Shown piece by piece: positions 55,485-64,000 of a stretch of DNA of 64,000 nt. This DNA is from an uncultured virus (IMG/VR IMGVR_UViG_2838736955_000001). Its lineage: Duplodnaviria > Heunggongvirae > Uroviricota > Caudoviricetes. How positions within the stretch are numbered: the stretch's first letter is position 1; every line of letters begins with the position of its first letter. Both the position numbers and the translations under genes were made by a program. The DNA is taken from IMG/VR virus record IMGVR_UViG_2838736955_000001; one strand, 5' to 3'. The notes under the pieces were generated by a model that had not been told where the DNA came from, ran no database searches, and saw only the letters and a program-made list of their open reading frames with translations.

Positions 55485-56071
55485 AAACATGTTCCGTATC
55501 TGGTTGCGAGCGTGCCCTTGAGGCAAAAGGCCTGTGCAGAGCCCATTACAGAAGGCTTCAGAGGCACGGAGATCCAATGGCTGGCAACGCGTCTCGTGGA
55601 GAGATGATTAAATACATCCGCGATGTGGTTTTAGCTTGCGATCAGGATGAATGTCTTATCTGGCCATTTAGTTTAGGACGCGGCATGCTGATGGTGGATG
55701 GCAAGCGAGTGAACGCTGCTAGATATGTTTGCACCATGGCCCATGGCGAGCCGCGCAATTCGAACATGCAGGCAGCCCATTCTTGCGGAAATGGCCACAA
55801 GTCATGCGTAAATAAAAGGCACATCAGGTGGGCGACACCTCGGGAGAACAGCCTAGATAAAATCGGCCACGGGACTCACCTCTCTGGCGAGAATGTCGGT
55901 ACGGCAAAATTGTCGGATCGAGATATCGTAGCTATCCGCTGGCTCAGGCAAAAATCAGTATCCCGAGCAGATTTAGCGACAGCATTCGGAGTGAGCTATC
56001 AGCATATAGCGAGGATCGAACTGATGGAAACCCGTGTTCGCACTGTGAAGAACGGGGAAAGCGGGGACTGA
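55481..56071 (+). CDS. HNH homing-endonuclease-like protein
   Basis: CSV.GC...GLC..HY.R, CLIWPF, AAHSCGNG...CVN..H.RW.T..EN..D...HGT. Confidence 0.85.
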   Translation: MKTCSVSGCERALEAKGLCRAHYRRLQRHGDPMAGNASRGEMIKYIRDVVLACDQDECLIWPFSLGRGMLMVDGKRVNAARYVCTMAHGEPRNSNMQAAHSCGNGHKSCVNKRHIRWATPRENSLDKIGHGTHLSGENVGTAKLSDRDIVAIRWLRQKSVSRADLATAFGVSYQHIARIELMETRVRTVKNGESGD

Positions 56072-56328
56072 TGACAAACACGGTCGACCTGAACCGCAAC
56101 GTTCCGCGCCTCGGTCTTAACCGCCTTGAGGTTGCCCAAGCCATTGGCGTCAGTGCCAACACCGTCGATGTGATGGTGGATGAGGGATTTTTGCCGAAGC
56201 CGCGAAAGTGGCACAGCCGCAAGGTCTGGCTGGTTGCCGAGATAGTCACCGCCATGGCATCTTGGCCGGAAGAAGGTATGCAAGCAGCTGGGGAGGCCGA
56301 CGGCGAAGATTGGAGCATGTCGGCGTGA
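56071..56328 (+). CDS. Excisionase/AlpA-like HTH protein
   Basis: LNR.E.A..IGVS..T...MV..G.LPKP; immediately upstream of int. Confidence 0.75.
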   Translation: MTNTVDLNRNVPRLGLNRLEVAQAIGVSANTVDVMVDEGFLPKPRKWHSRKVWLVAEIVTAMASWPEEGMQAAGEADGEDWSMSA

Positions 56329-56333
56329 ACGAC

Positions 56334-57497
56334 ATGGCCAATATCGATCTTCCTTATGTCGAGAAGAATAAAAGCCGTCACGACACGATGCGCTACTACT
56401 TGCGCATTGACGGCAAGCGCATCTGCAGGCTGCCAAACGATATCAATAGCGAGGAATTCGCGACCGCATATTGGAAGGCCAGAAAGGCAACAGAGAAGGC
56501 TGTCCAGCGCGAGGAACCCGCTCATCGCCTGATCCACTTGTCCGTAAAGCCAAACAGCTTCCAGTGGCTCTGCTTGGCCTATATGAAATCAACGTCCTTC
56601 ACCAAGCTCGACGCAACCACACAGGCCCGGCGCCGATCGATCATGGAGTCGATGTGGATCGAGCCTCTGTCGCTATCTCCAGACGAGAAGCGCGTTGTTG
56701 CCGACATACCGATCAAAGCCATTAACGTCGGTCACATAGAAGCCCTCAGGGACAGGAAGAAGGATGTTCCATTCGCCGCAGACGAGCGGCTGAAGGTATT
56801 GCGCCAAGTCTTCGATACGAAAGATCCTACGGGGAAACCCTACACCGTCAACCACGCTCGCCTCGTCAAGGCGTTCCGAGTTCAATCCGACGGACACGCT
56901 ACAGCGATGCCAGAGGATCTGGCAAAGTTCATCGAACACCACGGGGCAGAATCGAAGGCGGCGCTTTATATCTCGCTTGCGATGTACACAGGCCTTCGCG
57001 TGTCCGATTTGGCCGTCCTCGGCCCTCAGCACCGCCGCAAGGACACTTTCAAGTTCCGCCTGTTCAAAAACAGGAACCGGACGCCGGTCGACATCGAGAT
57101 CGTGCTCCATCCGATCCTCGAGGCGGTTCTGTCGATGCACAAGGTCACCGCCCTCACCTATTTGGTGACAGAGTTCGGGAAGCCGTTCAGCGTGAAGGGA
57201 TTGGGTAACCGGATCTCGGATTGGTTCAGACAGGCGGGAATGCCCCACCTGACATCGCATTCCGTCCGCAAGGGGGCAGCCACCGACGCCGCCCACAATG
57301 AGGCGACAGACAATATGCTCGAGGCGATGTTCGGCTGGAAGGATGGGAAGACGTCGAAGATCTACACCCGGCATGCCGAGCGTGCACGACTGGCAAGGCA
57401 GACGATATCGAAGATCAATTGGGATGGTGTGGGAGACAGGCTCCTGCCGGCGAATGACACCGAGGAAGGTGTGGCAGGGTGTGGCGGCGCTGATTGA
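56334..57497 (+). CDS. int: Tyrosine integrase of the prophage
   Basis: TGLR.SD, HSVRK, MFGW, IYT catalytic motifs. Confidence 0.95.
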   Translation: MANIDLPYVEKNKSRHDTMRYYLRIDGKRICRLPNDINSEEFATAYWKARKATEKAVQREEPAHRLIHLSVKPNSFQWLCLAYMKSTSFTKLDATTQARRRSIMESMWIEPLSLSPDEKRVVADIPIKAINVGHIEALRDRKKDVPFAADERLKVLRQVFDTKDPTGKPYTVNHARLVKAFRVQSDGHATAMPEDLAKFIEHHGAESKAALYISLAMYTGLRVSDLAVLGPQHRRKDTFKFRLFKNRNRTPVDIEIVLHPILEAVLSMHKVTALTYLVTEFGKPFSVKGLGNRISDWFRQAGMPHLTSHSVRKGAATDAAHNEATDNMLEAMFGWKDGKTSKIYTRHAERARLARQTISKINWDGVGDRLLPANDTEEGVAGCGGAD

Positions 57498-57532
57498 AAT
57501 TGCTTGGCATTTATTTCAGCCAAGTGTGGCAC
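57466..57532 (+). repeat. Putative arm-type integrase sites (GTGTGGC x3)
   Basis: Copies at 57469, 57479 and 57524; same motif at 35-43. Confidence 0.6.
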
Positions 57533-57572
57533 CGCGTTTTGGCAATCAATGGAAATCAATCAATTTAGGCAC

Positions 57573-57589
57573 TCCGGGCGAGGCCTCCA
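57573..57589 (+). other. Prophage attR: duplicated tRNA 3' end (probably tRNA-Cys)
   Basis: TCCGGGCGAGGCCTCCA is a T-arm 3' strand, acceptor strand, U discriminator and CCA; no tRNA 5' half upstream. Confidence 0.8.
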
Positions 57590-57755
57590 ATTTTCCCCGA
57601 TATTTAAGTGGACATTGCCCCATATGGCAAAAGCCTCCTCATCGGTTAATTTCATTTATCTACAACATGTTAGCAATCGGTATCCGCGCCGAAACTTGAA
57701 ATCGTGATCGCCTCTCCTGTCTGGCGAATTCGGAACACAATTTTGCAAGAATTTG

Positions 57756-57780
57756 GGAACCGAACCGAACGCAGCCCGTT
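57756..57780 (+). promoter_or_regulatory. General-stress ECF sigma (EcfG/RpoE2-type) promoter
   Basis: GGAAC-N16-CGTT upstream of the DUF982 gene. Confidence 0.6.
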
Positions 57781-57808
57781 TTCTGCGCCGCAAATAAAGG
57801 TGCAGGAC

Positions 57809-58066
57809 ATGGACGACAGGCACATCCAAGATACGATTCTCTGGTCAGAGCCCGTCAGGGTAAGGGTGGGCTACGGCTTTATAGAAACCATCAGGGGACC
57901 ACGTGAAGCGCTCGAATACCTCAATTGGCGCTGGCCGGTTCGCTACGGTGACTATTACGCAAAAGCGCTGAATGAATGCGCAGCATGTCTGCAAAGACGG
58001 GTTCCGCTCGACGAGGTCAGGGAAACCTTTATCCTCGCCAGCATTGAGGCAAAGATGCTTGGATGA
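57809..58066 (+). CDS. DUF982 family protein (host)
   Basis: W..PV.V......I....EA...L..RWP...G..Y..A...C.......R..F..A..EA. Confidence 0.85.
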   Translation: MDDRHIQDTILWSEPVRVRVGYGFIETIRGPREALEYLNWRWPVRYGDYYAKALNECAACLQRRVPLDEVRETFILASIEAKMLG

Positions 58067-58605
58067 ACGCTCAACAAGCGAGCTCTTCTTAACTGAATAT
58101 TTACACTCCCCGTTAGTCCATTTTTTAAAGCGCGCCACCTAATCATGTCGTTAGCGGCGATGTTGCCGTAACCTTTTATTTCGGAAGGATCGCCATGACG
58201 GCGATGATCGACATGAAACTGACTTTTTCAGACGCCTTCGCGGCGCTCGCGACTATCATATCGCTCTCCAGCATCCTGTATGTGCTCCACATGGTGCTTG
58301 CGCTCTTCTAGCCAATTCCCCCTGCCCGACCTCCCGCGACTGAGAACAAACGCCGCTGAATCATTCCTCGCGGGCAAGCCATACAGCAGCAAAAAACGGC
58401 AGGGAGCCGGAGCACCTTGGTGCGCCGCTCACTTGGCGACCAACTCTCTTGAAGCGCCCTCACCGGTAAATTCGGCAAGATCCGCATACTGCGTCCTTTT
58501 GCCGGGTAACATATTTTTGCGTCGGGACGGCGTTGGTGATAAAATGGTTGTGTACCAGGCGGGGAAGGCGTCGGGTATCGGATATGCAGCAGGAGGAGGC
58601 TGGCA

Positions 58606-58715
58606 TGCATTACGTCGAATTTTTCACATCCATCAATCCCATCGTGTTGGGCGTATTAGCCGTGGTGGTCGTTTGCGGTATCTATGACCACTGGCTGGAG
58701 ACCCATCACAAGTAG
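58606..58715 (+). CDS. Small membrane protein (host)
   Basis: AGGAGG RBS before MHYVEFF...; one TM; start coordinate approximate. Confidence 0.45.
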
Positions 58716-58805
58716 CAAAACCACGGACATATGCCGCACTTCGCTCTCCATCTCGCGCGAGAGTAGGAGCTTCGGGTTTGCTTGACTGGCTGTTCCTGAT
58801 ATCCA

Positions 58806-59480
58806 TTGCCTCCTCTGCGGCGGCAATGGAGTACTATTTTGCAGGCAAAATTCGACTTTCAGGATACCAGCACCTCCCTCAGCGAAACTCTCCGAGGTCT
58901 TATCAAAGGCATTCAGGGACCAACTGTATCGTTGCGGGATCTGATGGAGCGGATTGGAGAACAGGGACTACTGCTCGTCTGCGCCGTCGCCGCCCTGCCC
59001 TTTCTTATTCCGGTCTCCATTCCCGGCGTCAGCACGGTGTTCGGCGCTGCCATCATTCTGATCAGCATTTCAATCACACTGAACCGGATGCCCTGGCTTC
59101 CGGCAAAGATTTTGGATCGCGAACTGGACACGAAAAAACTTCTGCCTGCGCTGGATAAAGGCGCAAACATCGTGTCGCGCCTCGACCGCTTCCTCAAGCC
59201 GCGCTTGCGGGCGCTAACGACCGGAACCACCGTCAACCGACTGAACGGACTTGCCATCACTCTTGCCGGCGTACTTCTAATGTTTCCGTTAGGGCTTATA
59301 CCGTTCTCAAATACACTTCCCGGCATAGCCATACTCCTGCTTTCTGCAGGCATACTCCAGCGAGACGGCGCGATCGTACTTGTAGGCCATTTATTCAACG
59401 TGATTACGATCGTCTATTTTGGCATTCTTGCCTACGCAGCTTTCAGTGCCGGCCAAGGCCTCGCGACCTTTTTCAGCTGA
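58806..59480 (+). CDS. exoD: ExoD exopolysaccharide synthesis family protein (host)
   Basis: ALPF.IPV.IPG.ST.FG, PWLP, LKPR, IPFSNTLP. Confidence 0.9.
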   Translation: MPPLRRQWSTILQAKFDFQDTSTSLSETLRGLIKGIQGPTVSLRDLMERIGEQGLLLVCAVAALPFLIPVSIPGVSTVFGAAIILISISITLNRMPWLPAKILDRELDTKKLLPALDKGANIVSRLDRFLKPRLRALTTGTTVNRLNGLAITLAGVLLMFPLGLIPFSNTLPGIAILLLSAGILQRDGAIVLVGHLFNVITIVYFGILAYAAFSAGQGLATFFS

Positions 59481-59547
59481 CCAGATCAGCCCTCCTTCGT
59501 TGAGCAGAGAAGAATTCCGGCGTGGTATGGCACAGCCAGGCCGGAAC

Positions 59548-59742
59548 CTATTGCAGGTCTAATCTCAACTGTATTCCCTTGGGAATTTTCGGCTTGCGTA
59601 GCGAGGCTATCTGTACCCGCTCGTAAACTTCCTTGCGCTGCTTATCATGTCGCTCCCGCAAAGCACGGGAGGCAGCGACCATGGCAAGCGCACGTTCAGC
59701 GACATCTTCGGCACGTTTCATCTGCACCTCCATAATGTTCAC
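59548..59742 (-). CDS. Small protein with C-terminal QLxLDL (start probably 59721)
   Basis: GGAGG RBS; LexA box upstream. Confidence 0.55.
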   Translation of the reverse strand: MNIMEVQMKRAEDVAERALAMVAASRALRERHDKQRKEVYERVQIASLRKPKIPKGIQLRLDLQ

Positions 59743-59751
59743 CTTACGTTC
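59737..59751. promoter_or_regulatory. Alphaproteobacterial LexA box
   Basis: GTTC-ACCTTAC-GTTC. Confidence 0.7.
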
Positions 59752-59935
59752 TATTATTTTTTTCGAGAAAAGTCAAGAACAGAACAGGCCATGCTGAATC
59801 GCTGTGCATCTGAAAGGCAGGGAGAGCCCGCCGTGGTCTTTCAAGACAAAGCTTCGGATCTGCTGGCGTGCAATAAATGATCATTAGCCATGCACGGCAA
59901 CGACACAGAAAATATAATGGAAAAGGATATGAAAT

Positions 59936-59977
59936 AAAAAAGCCCTGTTTTCATGGATATCCACGAAAACAGGGCTT
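59936..59977 (-). terminator. Terminator originally downstream of the target tRNA
   Basis: AAGCCCTGTTTTC..GAAAACAGGGCTT stem with a T-run on the minus strand, just after the tRNA 3' fragment. Confidence 0.75.
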
Positions 59978-59986
59978 CTTTGAATT

Positions 59987-60004
59987 TGGCTCCCCGGGCC
60001 GGAT
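59987..60004 (-). other. att site of second element: tRNA 3' end (probably tRNA-Asn)
   Basis: Minus strand ATCCGGCCCGGGGAGCCA; G discriminator plus CCA; adjacent to the integrase. Confidence 0.8.
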
Positions 60005-60146
60005 AATTTTTAGTAACTTTACTGCTCGATAGCGACAACCGTCGCACTCCAAAACCGTTTTCTTTCAATGGCTTACTTGACCATTCCGACCACGATGCGC
60101 ATATATAGCGCATACCCCAATAGCGGGGAAATTGTGGGGAAGATTA

Positions 60147-61370
60147 ATGGGGAGCCATACTCGTAACGTTCTTACTGTGAAGTCTATCGCTGCTAGTAAG
60201 GCCACCAAGCTGCGCGATGGCGGCGGCCTGTATCTCGTCGCCAAGGGTAACGGTCGCTATTGGATGTTCAACTACACCTTTGCCGGCCTGCGGCGCGAGA
60301 TGGGTATTGGTCCGCTCCACACAATCGGCCTCGCTGAAGCACGTGAGAAATGCGAGGACGCGCGGAAACTGATTCGCACGGGCGTTGACCCACTGGCGGC
60401 CAAACGCGAGGCAGAGGAGGCCTCACCCAGCGCGATGACGTTCGGAGCCTATGCCGACGACTTCATCGATGCGGCCGTAAAGGCTGGCCGCTGGCGCGGA
60501 GGTAAGACGGAAGCACGCTGGCGTAATCTACTCGGCAATCACGCAAAGGATATCCGCTCTAAGGCTATCGGCGGCATCCGCGTGGCGGACGTAGTGAAGG
60601 TCATCAAGCCGCTATGGGGCGAAAAACAGGAAACCGCGGAGAAGCTGCGCGAGGCGATTGAGCGTGTTCTTGACGCGGCCAAGGTCGAGGGGCATCGCTC
60701 CGGTGATAATCCGGCAGCCTGGAAAGGCAACCTCGAACATGTCCTCCACAAGCCTAACGAGCTTGTCGCACGCAACCATCACGCGGCCATGCCTCACGCC
60801 GACGTGCCCGCCTTCATGAAGAAGCTGGCCAAGGTAAGCGGCGTCAGCGCTCGCGCGCTGGAATTGACGATACTCACCGGCGTTCGCAGCGGCGAAACGC
60901 GAGGCGCGGTCTGGCCGGAATTCGATCTTGATGCGAAGGTTTGGACTATTCCAGCAATCCGCATGAAGGGCGGCAAGATACACCGCGTGCCGCTGTCGGA
61001 CGAGGCAACTGCGCTCCTGAAAAAGATGGAGGAACAGTCGGTCAACGACTACGTCTTCCCTGGTGTCCGGCACAAGAAGCCTCTGTCGGATGCCTCACTG
61101 GCGAAGGCGCTGGACACTGCGGGCGGCGGAGTGTTCACGGTCCATGGCTTCAGGTCGACTTTCCGCGACTGGGCAACCGAGGTAGCACATGCACCGCGAG
61201 AGATTGCCGAGGCCGCCCTCGCTCATGCTGTTGGCGATAAGGTCGAGCAGTCCTACGCAAGGTCGGATGCGCTGGAGCGTCGCCGTCAGTTAATGCAGCA
61301 ATGGGCAAACCACTGCATGACCGAGCCGGCAGCCATTGATGGTGAACCGCTCCACAGAAATGCGGCGTGA
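60147..61370 (+). CDS. int: P4-type tyrosine integrase with Arm-DNA-binding domain
   Basis: RDGGGLYL, REMG.G, LAEAR, TGVRSGE, RMK, HRVPL, TVHGFRSTFRDW, ALAH, Y. Confidence 0.95.
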   Translation: MGSHTRNVLTVKSIAASKATKLRDGGGLYLVAKGNGRYWMFNYTFAGLRREMGIGPLHTIGLAEAREKCEDARKLIRTGVDPLAAKREAEEASPSAMTFGAYADDFIDAAVKAGRWRGGKTEARWRNLLGNHAKDIRSKAIGGIRVADVVKVIKPLWGEKQETAEKLREAIERVLDAAKVEGHRSGDNPAAWKGNLEHVLHKPNELVARNHHAAMPHADVPAFMKKLAKVSGVSARALELTILTGVRSGETRGAVWPEFDLDAKVWTIPAIRMKGGKIHRVPLSDEATALLKKMEEQSVNDYVFPGVRHKKPLSDASLAKALDTAGGGVFTVHGFRSTFRDWATEVAHAPREIAEAALAHAVGDKVEQSYARSDALERRRQLMQQWANHCMTEPAAIDGEPLHRNAA

Positions 61371-61531
61371 CTTTTACGACCATATCGCCTATATATTGAT
61401 TGTCGCTGAGCGACCTGCAACCGGCGGGAACCCCGCCATGATCTGCTAGGCAGATCCAACCTCTAATCCGGCAATGCCGGCCTTCACCTTTTTACGTGAT
61501 TGATCTGGCCGAGTGCCGGAAGAGGAGAACT

Positions 61532-61738
61532 ATGACACCTTCAAATGACAATACCCCTGCCCTCGTCAGCTTGAACGAGGCTTGCCGCCTTACGTCCATG
61601 TCCCGCACCATGCTGAACCGCTACCGCGCCGAAGGGCGGTTTCCTGTGGCGCTCGAATTGGGCGAGCGCCGAATTGCGTTCGTTCGGTCCGAGGTCGCCG
61701 CTTGGATTCAGGCGAAGATCGACGCGCGCGCCGCCTGA
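61532..61738 (+). CDS. alpA: AlpA-family regulator/excisionase
   Basis: L.E...LTSMSR.......GRFP..LELG.RRIAF..SEV.AWI; AGGAG RBS. Confidence 0.9.
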   Translation: MTPSNDNTPALVSLNEACRLTSMSRTMLNRYRAEGRFPVALELGERRIAFVRSEVAAWIQAKIDARAA

Positions 61739-61812
61739 TCAACATCACCAACCAGTGACACAACCACCTGCCGGCCCTCGCCGGCGGGCTATCTCATCGT
61801 GGAAGGAGACCA

Positions 61813-62079
61813 ATGCAGATCACCGACTTCAAAACTATAGACGAACCGAGCGGCGGCCATAGAGCCATTGCGGTCTTTGACCTCGAGCTTACCGATGAAT
61901 GCCGCCTCTACGGCTTGCGGCTTCTCCGAATGCGCGACGGTCGCTTGCTGACATTTGCGCCGCAGTCTGGATATCGCCGTGTCGCGAGCTTCGCGACGCC
62001 ACTGGCTGAACGCATCACCCGACTTGCTCTTGACCAATATGAGGCACTGACCGCCTATGACCGCATCCGCGCAGCCTAA
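61813..62079 (+). CDS. Small beta-rich protein (SpoVG/SSB-like?)
   Basis: IA.FD.EL....RLYGL.L......L.F.P; AAGGAG RBS. Confidence 0.6.
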   Translation: MQITDFKTIDEPSGGHRAIAVFDLELTDECRLYGLRLLRMRDGRLLTFAPQSGYRRVASFATPLAERITRLALDQYEALTAYDRIRAA

Positions 62080-63637
62080 GCCAGATCCCCGCGAAGAAGC
62101 TTGGACAATCCATCGCGAACTCTGCCACATGCTCTCCGGCGACTCGGTACTCATCCCCTTCGCTGACGGCGAACCAGATTGGAGTACAACCAACCGGGAC
62201 ACAGTCGAAAAAGTCAATGATTGGGCCGACTTCGAAGAAACAGACATTCCCCGCCTAGCGATCCTGACTGATGGCTTCCAGCGATTTATTGGCAAGGGCG
62301 AGGACGTTTCCGTCGTAACGCTCTGGCGGGCTGGCACGCCTATCATTCAGCAGATTGGTGGTGAGCCCTGCATCAGGGCCGTCGACGCCATCATGGATGC
62401 CGTCATCGATGACATTCCTTTAGCTGATGTACTGCCCACTGCAGACCCACGTCATGAGATGCCCGACCTCACGCCGATGGAGCGAAAATTGTCCGAAATC
62501 GGCGATCGGCTTGCGAAACCGCCGACCGCCGCGAACGACAACAACCCCCAAAAGCAAGAGCCTGCGGTCCGCGAGATCGGTGTTGTTAATCCGGTGCACT
62601 GGCACGGCGAGGAGGTCCCAGAGCGCGAATGGTATGCAACTGACCTCATCCCGATGCGACAGGTCACGATTATCTCTGGCGATGGTGGCGTCGGCAAATC
62701 ACTCCTCGCGCTACAAATTGGTGCCGCGGGTTGCATGGGATCTGAAACGCTCGGTATGACCTTTCTTGGCGGTCGGACGCTGTATCTCGGCGCTGAGGAT
62801 GAAGCTGAAGAATTCCACCGGCGACTTCTCGATATCGTCAGCGCGCACGGAAAGACTCTCGCCGACCTTGAGGACTTCCGGCTCGTGCCTTTGGCCGGGA
62901 TGGATGCCCTACTAGCCATTCCAGACAACAAAGGGGTGATGCAACCGACCCCGCTTTGGAAGTCGGTCGAAGAATATGCCGAAGGTTTCAAGCCTAAGCT
63001 AGTCGTGCTCGACACCGTGGCCGACCTCTTCGGCGGCGATGAGATCAAGCGCGGCCAGGCGCGCCAGTTCATCTCGATGCTTCGGCATCTAGCCATCAAG
63101 ATCGACTGCGCCGTTGTCCTTCTTGCTCACCCATCTGTGCAAGGTATGCAGACTGGCACCGGATCCTCAGGCTCGACCGGATGGAGCAACAGTTCGCGTA
63201 GTCGCCTCTACATGACGAGGCCTGACGATAAGGGAGCTGACGCGGACCTGCGCGTGCTGAGGACGATGAAAATCAACTACGGCAAGGTCGGCGGCGAGAT
63301 CACCATCCGATGGAAAGATGGATCATTCGAGCTCGACGACGGCAAGCCGGCCGCCGGATCTATGATGCTGGCGGCACGCGCCGAGGCCATCTTCCGTGAC
63401 CTTCTATCAATGTTCAATCGGCAGGGTCGCAGCGTATGTCACGTACCAGGGACAACGTATGCTCCGGCTATGATGGCGAAGATGCCTGAAGCTGAGGGCG
63501 TCCCGAAGGCTAGGTTCGTCGACGCGATGAATGCCTTGCTGCGGTCAGGTGATATAAAGATCGTGGTGGAAGGCCCACCATCGAGGCCTCGGCAGCGGCT
63601 GATTTTGGCGTCGGAAGACTTCGGCGGAGGCAATTAA
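62057..63637 (+). CDS. AAA_25/RepA-family helicase (satellite replicase)
   Basis: Walker A GDGGVGKS, AED, Walker B VVLDT, LAHP, SGSTGW.N..RSR, K.NY. Confidence 0.9.
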   Translation: MTASAQPKPDPREEAWTIHRELCHMLSGDSVLIPFADGEPDWSTTNRDTVEKVNDWADFEETDIPRLAILTDGFQRFIGKGEDVSVVTLWRAGTPIIQQIGGEPCIRAVDAIMDAVIDDIPLADVLPTADPRHEMPDLTPMERKLSEIGDRLAKPPTAANDNNPQKQEPAVREIGVVNPVHWHGEEVPEREWYATDLIPMRQVTIISGDGGVGKSLLALQIGAAGCMGSETLGMTFLGGRTLYLGAEDEAEEFHRRLLDIVSAHGKTLADLEDFRLVPLAGMDALLAIPDNKGVMQPTPLWKSVEEYAEGFKPKLVVLDTVADLFGGDEIKRGQARQFISMLRHLAIKIDCAVVLLAHPSVQGMQTGTGSSGSTGWSNSSRSRLYMTRPDDKGADADLRVLRTMKINYGKVGGEITIRWKDGSFELDDGKPAAGSMMLAARAEAIFRDLLSMFNRQGRSVCHVPGTTYAPAMMAKMPEAEGVPKARFVDAMNALLRSGDIKIVVEGPPSRPRQRLILASEDFGGGN

Positions 63638-63643
63638 AGGCGG

Positions 63644-63776
63644 TTCCACCAACCGTTCCACCTCGCTTCCACCAGTGTTCCACCACCTTCCACCAACCGT
63701 TCCACCCCTCCCCCTTATACCCCCACAGGGGTGGAACCACCCCGGTGCCGGTGGAAGCCGGCACGGCGCTTCCACG
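63644..63776. repeat. Iteron-like array (putative origin): six TTCCACC direct repeats, then inverted GGTGGAA copies
   Basis: Direct copies at 63644, 63656, 63667, 63678, 63688, 63700; inverted at 63730, 63750. Confidence 0.8.
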
Positions 63777-64000
63777 CCCCTGTATGATGTTGTTCAGCCA
63801 ATGAGCCAGATGATCGGCTTCACGAAAATCGCGCTGAGCTGCAACCCGGTACCCCACACGATTGCGAGTAAGCCACGTCTAGCCGCCTTCGACGAGTTCA
63901 GAAGATTACGAACTGCCGGAAGCTTCAAATTTTCTTCTTTGGTTGCTGCCGCATAGCGGGCAACGCCTATGGTGATTGCATCGTTATCGGTAAGAATGAC

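Larger units (their letters stand above)
1..57589. mobile_element. Temperate prophage, P22-like/podovirus gene order; left att lies just outside the window
   Basis: Contiguous lysis, tail, ejection, capsid, portal, terminase, replication, cI/cro, recombination and integrase modules; no tape measure or sheath; ends in a tRNA 3'-end duplicate. Confidence 0.95.
59987..64000. mobile_element. Phage-satellite-like island (PICI/P4-like), truncated by the window
   Basis: att, int, alpA, small gene, AAA_25 helicase and iteron array in sequence. Confidence 0.8.

Noticed and set aside
57573..57589. Complete tRNA gene
   Set aside because: Only the 3' 17 nt are present, with no D or anticodon arms upstream. 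The same holds for 59987-60004; both are called att sites.

Overview
Alphaproteobacterial (Rhizobium/Agrobacterium-like) chromosome segment with two integrated elements about 2.4 kb apart. (1) Positions 1-57589 are a near-complete temperate prophage with P22-like podovirus organisation. On the minus strand it carries lysis genes, tail fibre/tailspike genes, an immI-like arc/mnt/antirepressor module, DNA-ejection proteins, head genes, terminase, a late regulator and DnaB/YdaU replication genes. A cI/cro switch separates these from plus-strand recombination genes, HNH nucleases, xis and a tyrosine integrase. It ends in a 17-bp copy of a tRNA 3' end (probably tRNA-Cys); the other att site must lie just left of the window. 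(2) After a few host genes (DUF982, exoD, a LexA-box gene), a satellite-like island begins at a minus-strand tRNA 3' end (probably tRNA-Asn). It has a P4-type integrase, AlpA, an AAA_25/RepA helicase and an iteron-like origin, and runs off the right edge. The most unusual signal is between the tail and lysis genes: unrelated single small genes separated by a short recurring direct repeat (GATGTCAGGG..GGG), inside a surface-glycan modification hotspot. Other notable items are a minimal GGQ release-factor domain protein, a DDxxD helical protein where a GNAT usually sits ahead of the ejection genes, a Tad2-like anti-defence domain, a Rap1a-like immunity protein and a GapR-ParB-like fusion. All family calls come from motif recognition by eye, not database searches.
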